Below are positions 12,207 to 24,986 of a stretch of 64,000 nucleotides of DNA, in pieces. Position numbers and translations under genes: made by a program. The stretch is from Hydrolagus colliei (taxonomy: Eukaryota), in the NCBI GenBank assembly GCA_035084275.1, contig CM068769.1, positions 1,922,001 through 1,986,000 of the forward strand. The letters run 5' to 3'. The first letter of the stretch is position 1. Each line of letters opens with the position of its first letter. The notes beneath the pieces are model-generated. The model searched no databases and was not told the DNA's origin. It worked only from the letters and a program-made list of their open reading frames with translations.

Positions 12207-13629
12207 ATTCAGTGGCACTAAACACAGGAGAGTATTCGGTAGTTAAGAGAAAGACGGTAACGGCTAGAATTAATAAGTGTTGATGTTGGTGTGTGAGGAG
12301 AGTATGTATTGATAAAAAAATATATATTTACTGTATTTAATACAATTGTTTTATATGTTTAACTATGTTATGCTACAACAGATAAATGAAAGTCAAAGAC
12401 CAGACAGTCGAAAACCAAATGTATATTGATTTAAAAAAAATTGATTAAAAAAATTAAATGTAGAGACTTACGTTCGAAAATTCAAACAAGTCAGGCATAT
12501 TTTTTTTAATTAACCTGACTGAGAATACGTTTTTTAATACGTAAAAACACATAAAATTGAAATGAAAACAATTTGGATTTGATGTTCCAATAACACCACT
12601 TGTTCTGATTAAAAAGAAAGTGTGATGACAAAATGTCAGGTGAAAAAAAAATAAAAAAATTTAAGCAATTGCTACCTGAATTTACGGTCTCTATGGGGTA
12701 TGTTGCGACCCTTTGAATGAGTATTTGGGGAAGGCCAAATGTCACAACATGAGTTTGAGGCCACTCTGCATATTATTGATAGCCTTGTGCCTCCCTAACT
12801 ATTCTTTAAAAAGAGCAATCCGAACAGTCACAATACTCCTAATTGAAAGTTTTGCCCCGAAGGAAGTTGTGACTGTACGGTCCTTAAGAAAACTTGAGCT
12901 CAATGTGTTACCTTTTTTGTGTGTAAAAGATGTGTAAAAAAAAATGTTTGTACCTGTATATGGTTTAGCTTGAATGAGCAGTAATTAAAAAAAAGAAAGC
13001 AAATTGAAGAGAAGCTTTTGTTGTATGGTTTATGTAATGTATGCATTTAAAGAAGACAATGGTGGGCCTGACTTTGCTCTGGACGCAGAGTATGGCCAGA
13101 TTTCATCAATGTTCCATAGGTTTGGATTATTTAAAAAGTACCGGACCGTGATAGGTCTGACTTTTCTCTGGACGCAGAGTATAAGCCAGACACTACCCAA
13201 GTTCCATATGTACTGAGTAATAGCAAAGTAAAAATACAACCAATAATTTGGAATATTTGACGCAAGAACGAAGCGATAAAGTAGAGTAAACGTTATTTTG
13301 TGTATTCCAGCATTTACTTAAAATGTTTGTAGAAATTAAATATGGATAAATTAGCTTGTGGCAGTTAACTTGCGGCAGTTAGAATTTACTGCAGCCATTG
13401 ACTGTGGGCAGTTTAAATTCACTGACTGCAGGCACTCTGGTTTATGTGGACAAAATGAATTTATGTAACCCTTTGGTTTCCACATCAGCTGAAAGTGTAG
13501 GTAATGATAATGTCATGTTAACAACTGAAAATGTTTAAAGAAACGTGAGATTTCACCTTGTAATTTAGTTCTTACAGATACTGACAAGAATGGCATTTCA
13601 TGCAGCCACTTCTTCTGGGATAACTTATA

Positions 13630-15205
13630 CTTTTCGCTCCAGCTCCTTACAGGATGGAACCCCAGTCTGTATGAAGAAACTGGTTCCTCCTAAATCTGCC
13701 CAAGCCTGTGAACTAGTGCCCTTGCGGAGGCTTGTAAACACGCTGTGGGAAAACCGGTTACCATATATACTGACTCTCGCTACGCCTTTGGCGTGGTTCA
13801 TGATTTTGGGAGGTTGTGGGAAAACCGTGGATTTTTAACTGCATCAGGTCATCCCATTTCTAACGGTACTGAAGTTGTCAACCTCCTACAATCTGCTCTG
13901 CAACCTGCTCAGTTAGCGGTTGTGAAATGTTCTGCCCACACGTTGGCCCAGGATCCGGTCTCACTTGGAAATGGACATGCGGATAGATGTGCCAAACTGG
14001 TGGCTGAGGCCCCACTTGGTACCTATCCCGTTAAAACTGGGGTTCCCATTATTCCCAAACAACGTACCAACATGCCCTCTGTTTATGATATTGTGTTACT
14101 CCAGGAGGACGCTCCGGTGGCATCTCGTCAGTCATTGGTTGAAGAAGGCTGTGCCCTATCCGAGGAAGGGGTCTGGATGACCCCTGTCGGTCAGACCTGC
14201 ATGACTGATGAGCTGGCAGGATGGGTAGTCGCCTGCGGTCACCAACAGACTCATTCGGGGTGTAAACAGCTCTCTGATTGGCTCCTTCAGACCTGGTGAC
14301 ACCCATGCATGATGCAGCTGTCTGAGAAAGCTGTCCTCCGGTTCCTATTGTGCTCTGAGCACAATCCTGGGAAAGGGTTCCCAGTGGTCACCGGTGATAC
14401 CCCTGTACCTCAACTTCCATTTGAGGTGCTTCAGATGGATTTTATTCAGATACCTAAATGTCAGAATTTCAACTATGTATTGGTTATCATTGATGTATTT
14501 TCCCGTTGGGTTGAAGCATTTCCAACGGTAAACAATACTGCTGAGACGGTTGTGCGATTGTTGTTACGGGTAATAATTCCTCGTTTTGGGGTGCCTGGTC
14601 GTTTAGTTTCCGACAACGGCCCTCACTTTATTGCCTCTGTTAACCGCTCTCTCTTTTCCCATTTAGACATTAAACAGTCGTTTCATTGTGTTTATCATCC
14701 CAAAGCGGCGGGCGTAGTGGAACGTGTCAATCAGACGATTAAGACAAAACTGGCTAAACTTACAAGGGGGCATGGCTCTTCATGGGTCTGCTTTTTGCCT
14801 CTTGTATTGTTTCAGATTCGCTCTGCCCCCACTGGAACTGCCCGGTTATCTCCAGCAGAAATTATTTATGGGCGCTCTTTAATAGGCACTTGGTCGGCTT
14901 CGGCTTCCTCTGCGCTTACTCATATGTCTGCTGACATGGTGGAGTATATCAAAACTCTTTCTACCATTCTCCGTATTAATCAAACAACAGTTTCCAGTAC
15001 CTCTAACAATATTAGTTTACCTGATCCTCCTTTACACCCCGGTGATTATGTTATGATTCGCAATTGGGTCAGGAAATGCCTGGACCCCCGGTGGATAGGT
15101 CCCTTCCAAGTTCTCCTCTCAACTCCAACTGCGGTTAAATTAGAGGGGAGAGATCATTGGGTTCACATACATGATTGTAAACGACTTGAGTGTAAACAAT
15201 CATGA
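13630..15205 (+). pseudogene. pol: pol remnant: RNase H and integrase; protease and RT absent
   Basis: SAQACEL, VTIYTDSRYAFGVVH, VKCSAH; W*HP stop at 14297-14299; HQQTH with C-x2-C eroded to FLLC; catalytic D (QMDF), D (SDNG), E (VERVN). Confidence 0.95.
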
Positions 15206-15391
15206 AGTGTAAATAACATGATGCTACTGCCTTCACCATTGTCCCGTCCTCTGGCACAATTTTGTTCCTACAGGCTCGAAGAAGTCGTGGAAAGAAGCTC
15301 GAAGAAGTTGTGGACGCCGGCGATGAAGAACTACCTGTCACTCTGGTGGAAGACGTTCGATGCCTTCGGGAGACGAAGTGGGCCGACATGA

Positions 15392-16669
15392 TCAGAAAAA
15401 CAGAGACTGCTTGGGCAGGGCCTACGATATCCACATTTCAGCCTTGCAAAATGGACAGGGATTCTGATGATATTGGGGATGATGCTGGACACAGAAGTAG
15501 AATGCTCCATGGTAGCAAATACTTTCCTCCTCACTGCGTACAAAACAACGGTGACGCTGGGAGTATCAAGCTGTTGGGTGTGTGCGGCCCTTCCACACAG
15601 TGCGGGAGGGGGTTTTCCCATGTTGATAGTCCCTTTTAGTAAAATACAGACAATGCAGGCTCTAAGAACGTCGGGTTTCAATATGATTAGCGTCTCAGGG
15701 AATAATGATACCGCATGTCTCGTTGTGTTAAGGGAAACTCGGGATTGGTATACGCGCCAGTATAACTTTAAGAACGACCCCCCCTTCATACAAGTGTCAC
15801 TCTCGCATGGGCAATGGTGTCTCCAAAGATCCGGTAATGGGACCCGGATGGGGGAAAGTATATGTACCACTACGATCACCTTGTCAGTAGACGTCAGTGC
15901 TGGTTGGAGTGAAGGGGCAGGTAACTTTCGTTCCAGTTGTTGGATGTTTCTGAACCCCACGGGTCCTCTAAAAAGCCCTAATAGGACATACTGGGTGTGT
16001 GGGACATTGGCATACCCATGGTTACGAACCAACTGGAGCGGTACATGTTAACTTGGACATGTTGTCCCACACCTGCATATTACAAAACTTTCGGAACACC
16101 CGCATACAAAAAACCATATCACACGTAGAGCAGTAGCATGGTACGAACAGATTGTTGGGGTATTTGTGCCCCCATACGGTCTGCTCCGTACTAATCAAGC
16201 ATTGTGGGCTTTACAAACGGTTTTAGAGGCTGTTGCGAATGAAACCGCGGATGCATTACAAGACATATCCGCTGAAATGGTGGCTATTCGCACTGTGACC
16301 CTCCAAAACCGGATGGCTCTGGATATTTTGCTTGCTGAAAAGGGAGGCACTTGTGCCTTGATTGGCTCTGAATGTTGCACCTATATGCTTCTGAGAATAT
16401 TACTAATATTGTACAACACATCCGACAGCAAGTCAGAGAATTGCATCAGACTAACGTAAGCCCTGGTATATGGGGTTGGTTGACCGATTGGTCGATTAGC
16501 GGTTGGATGACTAAAATTTATTATCATAATTGTTATAATCCTGGTAGTTGTATTATGTTGTTGTATACCCTTATTCAAAAAGCTTATACTATCTATGATG
16601 ACAGGCTGGGATGCCCCGGCAGCAATGTTGTACATGGCTCCTGACGATGATTTCTCAGCATTCGAGTAG
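15392..16669 (+). pseudogene. env: gamma-type env with stop and frameshifts
   Basis: SU CWVC motif, ITRR/AV cleavage-like site, immunosuppressive domain LQNRMALDILLAEKGG, CX6CC (CALIGSECC); stop at 16049-16051; two frameshifts before the membrane span. Confidence 0.93.
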
Positions 16670-16701
16670 CAGGTTGTCATGGAATGACAAAAAGGAAGGA
16701 A

Positions 16702-17267
16702 TGAGAAGTCAGCTCGTCTGCCATGTACGAATAGTGGTTATTTGCTCGTCTGCTACGTTACGCATAATAGTTGCTTGCAAACCTGTACGTACGTTACGCA
16801 TAATAGTTACTTGCAAACCAGTACGTACGCTTTGATTTAACCTCTAGCCGACACCCGTGAGCCTGTTACAGAAAGATGCGAAAAACAGGGGCCATAAGGG
16901 TGTCTGGCAGGCATACCAAGGCTATGATATAATTGTAAAGCTCTAGGCTTGGTTATCTTATCTTGCTTCTAGGCTATCTTATTATTGAAAGCTGTAGCCG
17001 GCCTATTCCAATGCCACGATGTTTTTGTAATACAGCTGCAAGACCATGTTGTTTGTAACCCAGCATGAGTCATGTAACTAAAAGTGTATAACTACCCATG
17101 TAAAGGTTGTTCTAAGTGTGCACTAGTAGTAGACGGACGAGAGTCTGTAGCAACCTCGTGCACCGCTTCATGAATGCTAAATAAACTTGTTTGAATCACA
17201 CACCCGAGTCACATATTTGTGAACAGAAACCCCAACCAAGGTACTGAGACGATTTTTTAGTTTCACA
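16702..17267 (+). repeat. ERV-A 3' LTR (566 bp) preceded by PPT
   Basis: PPT aaaaaggaaggaa 16689-16701; about 11 substitutions and one fewer 36-bp unit versus the 5' LTR. Confidence 0.95.
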
Positions 17268-17647
17268 CAGTCTTCATTACAAACTTGAAACTTGATATTA
17301 TCTTAGATGTATTGTGATACCAATCTATCCGACACACCTTTATATGTCAACAAAACACTTAAAGGGTGCATAAGCACAAGCAACATTGACTACAAACGTC
17401 TGTGTTTCTTTGAATTCAGTTAGCAATTCATTATTATTAATAATGTTATTTTGAAGGAATCATATCTACTGTAGATGAATTCATTCACCAGCTACCAAGA
17501 AGCGGGTTGCTACTGTCTCCTGCCTAAACAGCGGTATACACAGATTAATTAAACTTGTACAAAGTTTCGCGCTGCAGCTAGTCGAAACCAGGCGCTCTTG
17601 CTTGCGAGGCGACTGATCTAGCTTTTGAGCTAGAGGACACGACATGA

Positions 17648-17686
17648 TAGTTTTTTAGGGCGGAAACGCTGAACTGTGTCTCTGTG
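17648..17686 (-). other. 23-RSS of V5 (damaged nonamer)
   Basis: CACAGAG + 23 nt (similar to the V1 spacer) + AAAAAACTA. Confidence 0.75.
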
Positions 17687-17996
17687 GGGCTCAGTGCACA
17701 GAGCTACAGCGCAGAGTCTGTGATTCTCACTTGGGATATATTTAATGAGACGCTTCTCGCCGCTTTAACCACTGTCGCTGCGAAACCTTCTTATGTAAAG
17801 TCTGCGTAGTTCTGCCTGTTCCTGTTTGATGTGCTGTGGGTATATTTTGGTGGTTTGTCAGGGTATTATCGGTACCAAAACAAATATGAATTGTCGCTGT
17901 TTGTAGCTATATAATTACACTGCAGGTACACACACTCTACTTCATTCACTGTCATAGTCGCTGGGATCTGTGTCACCGAGTCTCCTCCACAATGTC
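17687..17996 (-). pseudogene. TRAV: TCR V pseudogene V5 (family A)
   Basis: GGDSVTQIP...LQCNY...LFWYR*YP...FT*EGF...DSAL*LCALSP: three in-frame stops. Confidence 0.9.
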
Positions 17997-18179
17997 CTGG
18001 GAAACACAAATACATCAGGGTTTAATACAGTAATAATGAAAACATAGTTGTGTTTGATATAGCATCGTGTGAATTGATCGTGCCATCTCCAAGCGTTTCA
18101 CAGACTATACATTGACTCAATTTTGAGTGTGAAAGTGGCAGGGAGTTGAGTGTATCATTCCAGCACAAACATTCATGGA

Positions 18180-18530
18180 ATAATAATGATAATCCTTGCA
18201 TTTGATATAGCGCTTTGCACGGCTTGGAGCGTCCAAAAGCGTTTCCCAGTGTAGACTTTGAAGTGAATTGACTATATTTCATCAGAAGCTGCATTTTTCA
18301 AGAGATCAATAGCGTAGTAAAGTGATCTGCCAACCGATTAAAAAATCGGGTACATACTCAATGCTCGGTAAGCAGATCTATATGTGGGTCTGTGGAAAAA
18401 GTACACTTGCAGTTTCGCCCTCTCCCAACGTGAATCGAACTCAGATCATTCAGCATGCGAGGCGAGTTTTCTAACCATGATCTACAGGACACCACGTATC
18501 CACAATTGGTATAGTGTATTGGTTATTCCA
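18180..18530 (-). mobile_element. SINE in the V5 intron (orthologous copy in the V8 intron)
   Basis: taataatccttgcatttgatatagcgc tail through to a gtgaatcgaactcagatc head; same position as 29245-29600. Confidence 0.75.
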
Positions 18531-18600
18531 TGCAATAAAACGTTGGCTTTGGAGAACATGAAAAGAAATTGCATCCATATGGAGTTGGATTTTGGCTTAC

Positions 18601-18646
18601 CTGCAAAGGTAATGATGGCAGCTGCCACATATATGTACATCGTCAT
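18601..18646 (-). CDS. Leader exon of V5
   Basis: MTMYIYVAAAIITFA+G|GTAAGC. Confidence 0.85.
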
Positions 18647-19289
18647 CTGTGTTAATGGCACCCTGTTTTGAGGGGGCGCTGGTGGTTTACTTGGAGAATG
18701 TTGCCTGGGAAGCAGTAAGATACAGTGAGGAGGACTGAACAGGCAATGACAAAAGCAGGTTGCCATACACTGTGAGTGAGCTGTTCTGATGTGTATGGAC
18801 AACCTTTGTGTCTCTGTCACTGGGCGTCCTCTTCGCCGCTCTGCCATCCCGCTCCTCCATTGGTTCTCGTCCAACACTGACATGCCTTTGATCAAATGGA
18901 TGGCCGATACCTGCAGCAAGATAGATCGATACATGCATTACATGTCGTTCAAACAGATACAAGAATTCCACACATTTGTACAATCTGTGGAATCATGTAG
19001 TTTAATGGTATAAACACTCGCCTTACAAGCACTTTGCCTGCGTTTGATGCCTGCCAGAGCAACACGTTGGTCAAGTTTACTTATTCCACACACCGACCGA
19101 GGTTTACCGAGAGTAAATAGGAATACGGTTGATATTCGATTAAAGAGCAACTTTCCAGGGAAACAATCTATCCTAGCACAGGGAACTCGAACCGCGTCTG
19201 TTTATAGGACAATGCTGTGCCGAATTGAATGCCTCGTTTCGCCTGCAAAACGATAAGTAAGTACATTTTACATATAAGTGTAATATTGA

Positions 19290-22200
19290 AGTTCACAATA
19301 GCACTAATCAAAGCAGGTAATCCAGCTTCTAGATTAATTCCCGAATACTTTTCAAACACATTCCGAAGACGCTCAACATAATCACCAACATCCTCATCTG
19401 ATTTTTGTACAGTACAATGGATTTTACCCCAATTGACATTTTTAGGAAATTGCCCACGCAGCGCTTCGCTAATTCTAACCCACAGTTGTTTCATGTGCTC
19501 TTCATTTGAATTATCCTGATCTAATGTCCAATCACAATTATTTTTAACCTTTTTCCATCTATGATTACCTAACCAAGCATCCAACATTGCTTATTTTTTC
19601 TAATTGCTTCACGTTTGCTTAGGACGTCTCCTAAGGCTGTGATACGATCTAAATTCCACGAACCATCTCTTGGGAAATTATTTTTCTCACACAGTGACCA
19701 TTTTTACCATTTCTTCACATACTGTATACCACCAGAACCATAATGTACATACACATATGCACATGGAGTCATTTTATTGGGAACCAAATCTTTACAATTA
19801 CTTTTACCCATGTTTTACTGTAGCCAATCAAGACTTCCCGGGAAGAACAATTTTGATAATGCTAAATTTTCTTACGTCCAATCAACTGCTCAATTGTCAA
19901 ACAAATATATCTTCTGGTTAAGTTACCAAAAGTATTTCCAAATAACACACCAAAACAATACAAGACAAACAAACAAACAAACAATAAACAAGGATTTCGC
20001 GAACAAACCTTCAATATACTATTAAACCCATAGATTGCAATCATCAACAATATATATATATGTATCATAAAGACTGGTTAATTTATGATCGTTGGGCCTG
20101 GTTACCCTACGGAATCAGGGACTGGTTACCCCAATTCTGAATCAGGGACTGGTTACCCCAATTCTGAGTGTGGACTACTTACCTCACTCTGAGTGTGGAC
20201 TGGTTACCTCACTCTCCTTATACGTATAACAGTAAAAACACTTTGTCTATTCAACACTGATGACGTATCCACCCATTCACACACTACACAGGAGACAGAC
20301 TGGTAAGAGTTGAGAGAAAACTCTAAATCAACTCGCAATCTACTCACCCTCCCGTGTAGGCAGAATTCAGGCAGAGTTAGTCATCTCGGTGGAACCTCCA
20401 AAAAGAACTGTCGTGGAATAACTCACAAAGAGATCAGGTTATTCATGTAAAGCACAAACAGTCATTTAATACACTAACGGCCGAAAGGAGAAATACCCTC
20501 ACAGGTCAGATACCCGAGTTGGTACTTCTAAAGAACTAACAGAAATACAACAGTTTATATCTTATTCGTTTCCACACCGCGTGACAGTAGTATAAGTTCC
20601 GTTAACCAATTACAGCAATCCACCTAATCAATACAAGTGAATGTGGGAAGAGAGTTGAACTCTATTTACACTAGTCATGGGGTGCAAAAAGGGCAGCATC
20701 TATTAAAACAAAACTAGAAAACCACAAGTTGCTAATTGATATATTAAAATTTTCAAAGTAAGAAGTAAATCGTCTTTAATGATCAGGCATATAGAATCAT
20801 AGAATCATAGAATTTTACGGCACAAAAGGAGGCCATTCGGCCCATCTAGTCTGTGCCGGCTCTTTGAAAAGAGCGATTCAATCCCATTTCCCTGCCCGCT
20901 CCCCATAGGCTAATAGACCCGTTCTCCCTAAATAAAGATCTAATTCCCTTTTAAAAGTTGTTATCGAATCAGCCTCCACCACCTTTTCAGGCAATGCATT
21001 CCAGATTCGAACAACTCGCTGAGTGAAAAAATTTCTCCTCAGCTCCCCTCTACTGCGCCTTGAAACTATTTTAAATCTGTGACCACGAGTCACAGATTCA
21101 CCCACGAGTGGAAATAGTTTTTCTCTATTTGCCCTGTCGAAACCCCTCATGATCTTATAAACCTCTATTAGGTCTCCCCTCAATCTTCTCTGCTCCAGAG
21201 AGAATAACCCTAGCCTATCTAGCCTCTCCTCATAGCTGAAGTCCCTCAATCCTGGCACCATCCTAGTAAATCTTCGTTGTACCCTTTCCAATGCCTTCAC
21301 ATCCTTTCTGTAGTGTGGTGACCAGAATTGAACACAGTATTCCAGCTGAGGCCTCACCAAAGTCCTATAGAGGTTAGTCAGCACTTCCTGACTTTTGTAC
21401 TCTATACCCCTATTTATAAAGCCTAGTATCCCATATGCCTTCTTAACTGCCTTGTCTACCTGTCCTGCCACCTTCAACGAGTCACTAACACAAATCCCCA
21501 GGTCTCTCTGTTCCTTCACACCATTTAAAATTGTACTATCTAGCCTATATTGCCTCCCTTCATTTCTTCTCCCAAAATGCATCACCTCACACTTCTCTGC
21601 ATTAAACTTCATCCTCCATGTGTCTGCCCACTTTACCAATTTGTCTATATCCTATTGCAGATGGCTACTATCCTCCTCACTGTTTACTATTCTCCCTAAC
21701 TTAGTGTCATCTGCAAACTTGGAAACTGTACTCCGTACACCCAAGTCCAGATCATTGATGTAGATTACAAACAGCAATGGTCCCAAAACCGATCGCTGTG
21801 GCACACCACTGCTCACTTCCCTCCAATCTGAAAAACAGCCGCTCACTACAACTCTCTGCTTTCTGTCTCGCAGCCAGTTGTGGATCCACGCTGCCACTGT
21901 CCCTTTTACGCCATGGGCCTTTAATTTCATAATAAGTCTCTCATGTGGCACGTTGTCAAATGCCTTTTGAAAGTCCATGTTAACTACATCAACTGCGCTA
22001 CCATTATCCACCCATTCCGTTACCTCATCAAAAAATTCTATCAGATTTGTAAGGCAAGATTTGCCTTTAACAAATCCATGTTGACTGTCCTTTATTAGCC
22101 TATATCTTTCTAAGTGAAGATCTACCTTGTCCCTGATTATGGACTCTAGAAGTTTGCCCACTACCGACGTTAGACTGACTGGTCTGTAGTTACCAGGCTT

Positions 22201-22505
22201 GTCCTCCTGCCCCTTTTTATACAAGGGAGTAACATTAGCTATCCTCCAGTCCTCTGGCACGACCCCTGAAGCAATTGATCACCTAAAGCAATTGATCACC
22301 TAAAGAATAACAAGCAGGGAATGTCTAATTTACTCAAGCACAAGCCTTTCTCCCTTCTTGGTCTGGACTATGTCATACAACTGACGTTTGCTGATACCCT
22401 ATTGACCTCTGGAATTTCTAAGGGAGACTAAGAAACAGCTAACAATGTCCAGGGGAAGCTAAGAAACAGCTAACATGGTTGCCGATGTTTAACATGGTTT
22501 CCACA
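19290..22505 (-). mobile_element. ERV-C fragment: LTR split by CR1, PBS-Gln, leader, truncated gag
   Basis: PBS TGGAGGTTCCACCGAGAT (tRNA-Gln) at 20383-20400; LTR end CGACA at 20409; probable LTR start TGTGGAAACC at 22505; matrix-like FPRDGSWNL near 19670; MHR-like QKSDEDVGDYVERL. Confidence 0.8.
20791..22269 (-). mobile_element. 5'-truncated CR1 LINE (RT region of ORF2 plus tail)
   Basis: PEDWRIANVTPLYKKG...DFQKAFD...FADDTKL...QLEYCVQFWSP; one nonsense codon at about 21652; (ATTCTATG)n tail at 20791-20812. Confidence 0.97.
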
Positions 22506-24588
22506 CTACCCTAATTTGTGTATCCGTAACATCGGGTTGCCAGACCCATCAATTTGTCAAATGGGCTCGCGGGGTTAACCCCGCATCCCATCGCGCATCT
22601 CAATGAGTCCTGCAGCTTCCACAACCAACACCGTTTGTACATCTCAGACTCCTCTATATCGTCCCTTGCAACCTGCCGTAGCTGTGCCTCACTATAAATC
22701 GGCCACAACCTAACATGAAACGGCAGTGGTCCCTCGCGTTCCCCTTGAATGCAGTTAGCTGGATGTTGATGGGGATCGGACTGCAGATTAAGTACGTCCC
22801 TCACCGCCATTTCCAACCCTATTAAAGTCTCCCTTTCAACCTCGATACCATATGGTATGGCATCTCGGGGCAACAGGCTCCGTACCTCTACTGAAAGCAT
22901 ATTTTTGAGGACGCGAGTGAGGTCGGTAGGGGTATATTGTGGATTATCCTCGCTGAAGTCTGCCCACTTGACTCTCCACGCCTAATAGGACGTGCCCGTT
23001 GTTAACTTGGGACCTAAAGTACCACACACCGCACTCAACTCCATTTGTGTCAGAGGGGCCTCGCTACAACGCCTAGTTTGCTGTGCCCCACTCCCGCCTG
23101 CCCGTTGTGTCACTGTTAGCGTTACAGGACAGACGGGTTTGGGCAGCAGTGGTTCACTTTCCACGTCTTGTTTGTACTCTGCCGCCTCCTCTTCGAAAGC
23201 GTCCCAATCATCGTCCACTTACTCACCATCACCATACGCACTGTCCCCGTACTCCCGCATCACGGACGCCACTAATACACGCCCCTACTTTGAATGTTTT
23301 CCTTCTCTCGCCTCCTATACTTTTGCAACTATAGTCTGTCCCCTTCTTCCAGTTTTCCAATCAGCGTCGCGCCTCGCAAATCTGCATTTTCCAACTTCAG
23401 CCTCTCACACTCCCTCTGTACTGCCCGCAAAAGCTCCTCCACTTCGCGATGTTTCATATTAGCTGCCAATGCCATATTCATTAGACCTGTCTGTCGGATA
23501 TAGTTGTCTCTAGTCTCGCCTTCTCTCTGCAGCGCCTGCTGAAGAGCTAGGGCAGCATTGCTCCCTTCTTTCTCTCTCTTCTCCTTCTCATTAAAATAAT
23601 CCCGTTTATAGCGGGCTGCGTGCTTTGGATGTTCCTTACCCTTGTTACTGTTTACCATCAAACAATATTTTAACAATATCATCTTTCCTTTCATCATTAA
23701 TCTCCGTTCCTCTCCCAGTTTCTGAACCGCAGAGCTGAGTTCCTCAAAGGAATGCGGTCCGGTCGGCCCCGGCACTGTATCATCGTCTTTCCCCAGTTTC
23801 AACTTCTGAACTGCCCTCGCTATCTTCTTCTGGTAACTATTCGCCCAATCGATGTCCGCCAACTTGCGGCTTTTCCCCGGTAAATTCAAATCCTTAACAA
23901 CCTTATCCTTAACGACCTTAGTGCCACCCAAATCCTGCCTTCTTCTCCAGAAAGTCGGATATCAGTCTCTTAACTACCTCAAGACACTCAACCCGTGTCT
24001 AACCGTTGTTACCCTTCAATGACCTGGTTCTCATGTCTTATTTAGTGTCACTGAATATCCTGCCGACTACGCCAATTGTTAGAGATTCGATTAACTGATT
24101 GAAAATTAGGTTATGGCCAACCTCCGATTAATCAGTTCATACAGAACATCTCTTTGTAAAAGCAGGTTTGTTTATTCAGATTCACCCATTAGGGTTGACA
24201 CTAAACGACCAAGTGTACAGCAGTGTAAGTCAAGCCCCGAATCGCAGTAATTATGGAAATATACTACCCGGCGAGGTCGGACGAAGAAAAAGGGCGAATG
24301 GCCGCATGTCTTGCCCTTGTAACCCTTTGCGCCCCTCCCCAACCTTCACGTGCACACCTCATGGACAAGGCTCTTCCTCCAATCATTCCCGACTATGCCC
24401 TCCAGGCAGGTGCGTGATCCTGCGGGGTCTTCGCGCCCGAAACTTAAAATTTTCACACTCCAATACAAACCCCGCCTCCACCAATCAACCATGTGTCACA
24501 ACGTCAAACCTGAATTATGACAACAAAGCGATTCAGCAATCCAAAGACGCTAAATTTCCTATTTATTGCAGGTGTAACTAGGGTTTCA
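22506..24588 (-). mobile_element. ERV-B 5' half: LTR (24077-24588), PBS-Ser (24057-24074), disrupted gag-like ORF
   Basis: TGAAACCC...CTCTAACA, AATAAA, PBS TGGCGTAGTCGGCAGGAT; ORF pieces 23329-23931 (coiled-coil), 22982-23218 and 22511-22900 with MHR-like QGEREGPLPFHVRLW. Confidence 0.8.
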
Positions 24589-24694
24589 TTGATTTAAGAT
24601 TCGGAATCAGCCTATCCGCACAGAGATAAGGACACACTTCTTCACTCACACGGTAGTGAATTTATAGAATATTTGATACCTCCCACCAAAAAAA

Positions 24695-24905
24695 AACAGA
24701 TGTAGATGCTCAGTCCTTCAGCATATTCGAGACTGAAATTGATAGATTGTTTTTTAATCCATAAAGAGATTAAGCGATCCGGGTTTAAATCGGGAGCACG
24801 TGGAGTTAGATTGGAACCCTATACCAGCTATAACCCTTTAAATGGCGGAGCGGGATCGAGGGGCCGAATAGCCTATTCCTGCTCCTTATTCTCATGTTCT
24901 TGTAT
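24695..24905 (+). mobile_element. Old CR1 3' end
   Basis: gtagatgctcagtcc...gagactgaaattgatagatt...gaatagcctattcctgctcc...tgttcttg. Confidence 0.65.
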
Positions 24906-24986
24906 TTAAACATGTATAAACGCTGCTTATATATTTTTTGCAACAATGATGCCCCCTCGCGGTTTAGCAGCAAAATAACCAGTTGA

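Larger units (their letters stand above)
10268..17267 (+). mobile_element. Endogenous retrovirus ERV-A (class I, gamma/epsilon-like), internally deleted and chimeric
   Basis: Two TG...CA LTRs, CAGT target-site duplication (10264-10267 / 17268-17271), PBS, PPT, gag/pol/env remnants. Confidence 0.97.

Noticed and set aside
12210-13600. Possible retroviral accessory ORFs between PBS2 and RNase H
   Set aside because: Only short ORFs (70-79 aa) in AT-rich sequence with poly-A runs; no recognisable motif
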